DNA of 64,000 bases from Trueperaceae bacterium (GTDB taxonomy: Bacteria; Deinococcota; Deinococci; Deinococcales; Trueperaceae): positions 864,001 to 928,000 of the forward strand of contig CBDCDZ010000004.1 in NCBI GenBank assembly GCA_965215565.1, written 5' to 3'. Numbering within the stretch: the first letter of the stretch is position 1; every line of letters starts with the position of its first letter. The notes beneath the pieces are model-generated. The model searched no databases, was not told where the DNA came from, and was given only the letters and a program-made list of their open reading frames with translations. Shown one piece after another: positions 61,330 to 64,000 of this stretch. The translations under genes and the position numbers were made by a program.

Positions 61330-61728
61330 TTATTCAAGCCACCAATGTAAATCCCCGAAAGCCGCCTCCTTGAATACACGAAAAAAGCCTCTCAATTCTT
61401 CGTACGCATATTTCGGATTTCTCCGAACTGCGTCGGGTGCGGATGCTTTTTCTCTCAAGGTTACGATTGCTGGAGAGCGAGTTCCAGCGGTCATCCGTTC
61501 GGCTGTTTCCAAGCCATATAGCTCTGCAACTAAAGCTACGACCTCTCCCGCTAGACGGAAAGCCTGTCTCGGCTTCAAATTCCAAAAATATTTTTTTAGA
61601 AATGCCCGGCGAGATTCATACCTCTTTTGCGCCTTTTTAAGGCTGTGTTTAGGCCACCGCTCTAAATATAGAGAATATATATCTTGGAAGGGGCGCTTAC
61701 TTAGTGAATTCCTTTCTAAAACTGTCAT
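61330..61728 (-). CDS. AT-rich hypothetical ORF, possibly a gene remnant
   Basis: 132-aa basic ORF in a low-GC patch; no recognised motif. Confidence 0.4.
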   Translation of the reverse strand: MTVLERNSLSKRPFQDIYSLYLERWPKHSLKKAQKRYESRRAFLKKYFWNLKPRQAFRLAGEVVALVAELYGLETAERMTAGTRSPAIVTLREKASAPDAVRRNPKYAYEELRGFFRVFKEAAFGDLHWWLE

Positions 61729-62104
61729 AAGGTTTTTCTGGTTGACTTTGATTGCATCCTTGCTAATCGTCTGGATTAGAAGGCTGCCTCAAAGTAGCAT
61801 AAACTGTTACAGCAACGATCTTTTAAGCGATACTTCAACTCACCAATATGCAGTTCATTACTGCATTATCTCAGGAACGTTGCCATTTCCCCTACTCAAT
61901 AGATGAGCTTTTTGCACCATAGTTAGATAGAAGATCAAAAAAGGAGGCAAGAGGTTGACTTGTAAGAAACCTGCCGCCTTGCCCTATCCAGAATAGATAT
62001 ATCTGCTTAACCAATATGTACGTGTAAGACACATATCACTTCGATAAGTCGAGCGTCCCTTAAACTGACTTAGTGCTTACCTCTCCCCTACCCCGCAACC
62101 TCTT

Positions 62105-63247
62105 ATGATCCTCATCGTCGGCGCAGGACCCGCCGGGCTCGCCACGGCGTACTACCTCCAGCAGAGGGGTCTCCCCTTTCGCATCTTGGAGAAGGACGCG
62201 GCGGGCGCAACCTGGCGCAACCACTACGACCACTTGCACCTGCACAGCTTAAAGGGCGTTTCGGCCTTGCCGGGGCTCCCGATGCCCGAGGACTATCCGC
62301 CCTTTCCGTCAGGGGAGCAAGTGGCACAGTATTTGGCGGCTTACGCGGCGCACTTCGACTTTCCCACCGAGCGCGGCGTCCGGGTGACGGAGGCGCGTTA
62401 CGAGGATAGCTGGCAACTCACCACGACGAGAGGTCGTTTTGACGCGGAGGTGCTCGTTGCAGCAACGGGCATCTGGAGCACGCCGCACCGCCCTCACTTC
62501 GCGGGCGAAGAGGTATTTACGGGGCAGATTCTCCACTCGAGAGACTACAAGCGCCCTGAGCCTTTTACGGGTCAGCGCGTGCTCGTCGTCGGCGTGGGCA
62601 ACTCCGGCTCAGAGGTGGCGGTGGGGCTCGCCAGACAGGGTACCAAGGTTGACATCGCCGTGCGGAGCGGCGTGAGGATGGTTCCTTACCCTAAGTCGGA
62701 GACGCTGACGCGGTTGACGAGTTGGACGTTGCGTCGTCTGCCCAGAAGCGTCGCGAACCGTTTGCTCAAGCTCGCGCAACGTGACTTTTCGGAGATCGGC
62801 TTACCGCTTCCCGAGAGACCCATTGTAGACGTCTACCCCGTCGTCGGCTTTGGGTTGGTGGAAGAGGTCGAAGCGGGACGTATAGACGTTAAGGCGGGGC
62901 TGTCGCACTTTTCGCAAGAGGGTGTTCACTTTGCAGATGGACAGCGTGAACATTACGACGTGGTGATCTTGGCGACGGGCTACAGACCGAGTTTGGGGTT
63001 TTTAGAGGGAGAGGTTGACACGGACGCTAAGGGCTTGCCGAGGCTCGAGCCCCCCCACGACGTCCGCTCGGTTCAAAACCCCACTCTCTTCTGCGTCGGC
63101 TACCACTACCCCACCAACGAAGCGTGGTTCCAAGCCCTACCCCGCGTTGCCAAAGAAGCCGCTGAGGAGATTGCGCAGACGCACGCTGGAGCTATTCCCG
63201 TGAAGACGCCCGAAAAGGACACCCAAAAAAACATCGTAGGCGCGTAG
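62105..63247 (+). CDS. Flavin-containing monooxygenase (YUCCA/FMO-like)
   Basis: GAGPAG, ATG, FxGxxxHSxxYK, GVGNSG, ATGY. Confidence 0.92.
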   Translation: MILIVGAGPAGLATAYYLQQRGLPFRILEKDAAGATWRNHYDHLHLHSLKGVSALPGLPMPEDYPPFPSGEQVAQYLAAYAAHFDFPTERGVRVTEARYEDSWQLTTTRGRFDAEVLVAATGIWSTPHRPHFAGEEVFTGQILHSRDYKRPEPFTGQRVLVVGVGNSGSEVAVGLARQGTKVDIAVRSGVRMVPYPKSETLTRLTSWTLRRLPRSVANRLLKLAQRDFSEIGLPLPERPIVDVYPVVGFGLVEEVEAGRIDVKAGLSHFSQEGVHFADGQREHYDVVILATGYRPSLGFLEGEVDTDAKGLPRLEPPHDVRSVQNPTLFCVGYHYPTNEAWFQALPRVAKEAAEEIAQTHAGAIPVKTPEKDTQKNIVGA

Positions 63248-63291
63248 CCTGACGCCCCGTTCTCCTCTTTCCCTCACGGTAGGCTCAGAGG

Positions 63292-64000
63292 ATGCTACTT
63301 GCTTTTGACTTAGACAACACGATTATCACGGCGGATGACCGCTTACCGGACGACATCGCCGCGGCGATTCGCTCAGCCAGGGAACGGGGACACGAGGTTT
63401 CCGTTCTGACAGGACGTCCTCACAGCTCGGCCATAGCGTTCATCGAGCGCTTAGAGGTCAGCCATTACAGCGTGAACAACGGGGCGCTTGTCGTGGGCGA
63501 CGGTGAGGTTTTAGAGCGCACCGTGATCCCGCAGCGAGAGGTGCAGGCGTTGGCGAAGCGGTACGTCGGGGACGAGACCCTCGAGTACGCCTTTATGCAG
63601 GGCGACACCATCTTCGTTCGCGACCCCGGCGACAAACGCTGGACCTGGGCGCACACGTCGAACCGCAACGTCGAACCCTTCGGAAACCACGAGGTGAAAG
63701 AGGCGGACAAGATCGTCTTTGCGACAGAGGGGCGCGGCGCGGCGATGTTAGAAGAGATCAGCGCGGCGCACCCCGAACTGGTTCTGTACCTCTGGGGTGA
63801 CGGCTTTTTAGAGGTTACGGGGGAAGGGGCGCATAAGGGAGCCGCGCTCAAACGCCTCTCGGAAGCGTTGTGCGTGCCGCAGCGCGAGACCGTCGCTTTC
63901 GGTGACGGCGTCAACGACGTGACGATGCTGCAGTGGGCGGGGCGCAGCGTCGCGGTAGGGCACGCCTACGATGAGGTGAAAAACGTCGCCGACGAGCACA
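63292..64000 (+). CDS. Cof-type HAD hydrolase (runs off the window)
   Basis: Manual translation MLLAFDLDNT...TGR...HKGAAL...AFGDGVND; not in the ORF track. Confidence 0.9.
   Translation, partial: MLLAFDLDNTIITADDRLPDDIAAAIRSARERGHEVSVLTGRPHSSAIAFIERLEVSHYSVNNGALVVGDGEVLERTVIPQREVQALAKRYVGDETLEYAFMQGDTIFVRDPGDKRWTWAHTSNRNVEPFGNHEVKEADKIVFATEGRGAAMLEEISAAHPELVLYLWGDGFLEVTGEGAHKGAALKRLSEALCVPQRETVAFGDGVNDVTMLQWAGRSVAVGHAYDEVKNVADEH

Noticed and set aside
61370..61906. 178-aa plus-strand ORF
   Set aside because: No convincing start signal, atypical composition, and antisense to the more plausible minus-strand ORF

Overview
A GC-rich bacterial chromosomal segment. Its gene content and many leaderless-type TANNNT boxes suggest Deinococcota, possibly Truepera-like (inference, not database-confirmed). 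It is mostly housekeeping and metabolic: class II photolyase, ABC-F ATPase, xylB, asnB, HU, SMC, a DinG-like helicase, trxB, an LptF/G-LptD-like cluster, an Opp-type ABC transporter, TerC, a SAM-I riboswitch-metF-metH unit and two c-di-GMP turnover genes. I saw no CRISPR array, prophage, rRNA, tRNA or transposase. The unexplained signal is mostly non-coding: about ten copies of a modular TA-flanked miniature element, three IS1-like MITEs (one with a 9-bp target duplication), GTAG REP palindromes, several candidate structured RNAs, a direct-repeat box shared by both c-di-GMP genes, small coupled uORFs, frameshifted or decayed genes, and apparently abundant CTCGAG. The most interesting coding candidates are an ABC-F with a RimJ/L-like C-terminal extension and the Lpt-like operon. 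I could not establish any clearly new system; all candidates need the checks listed.
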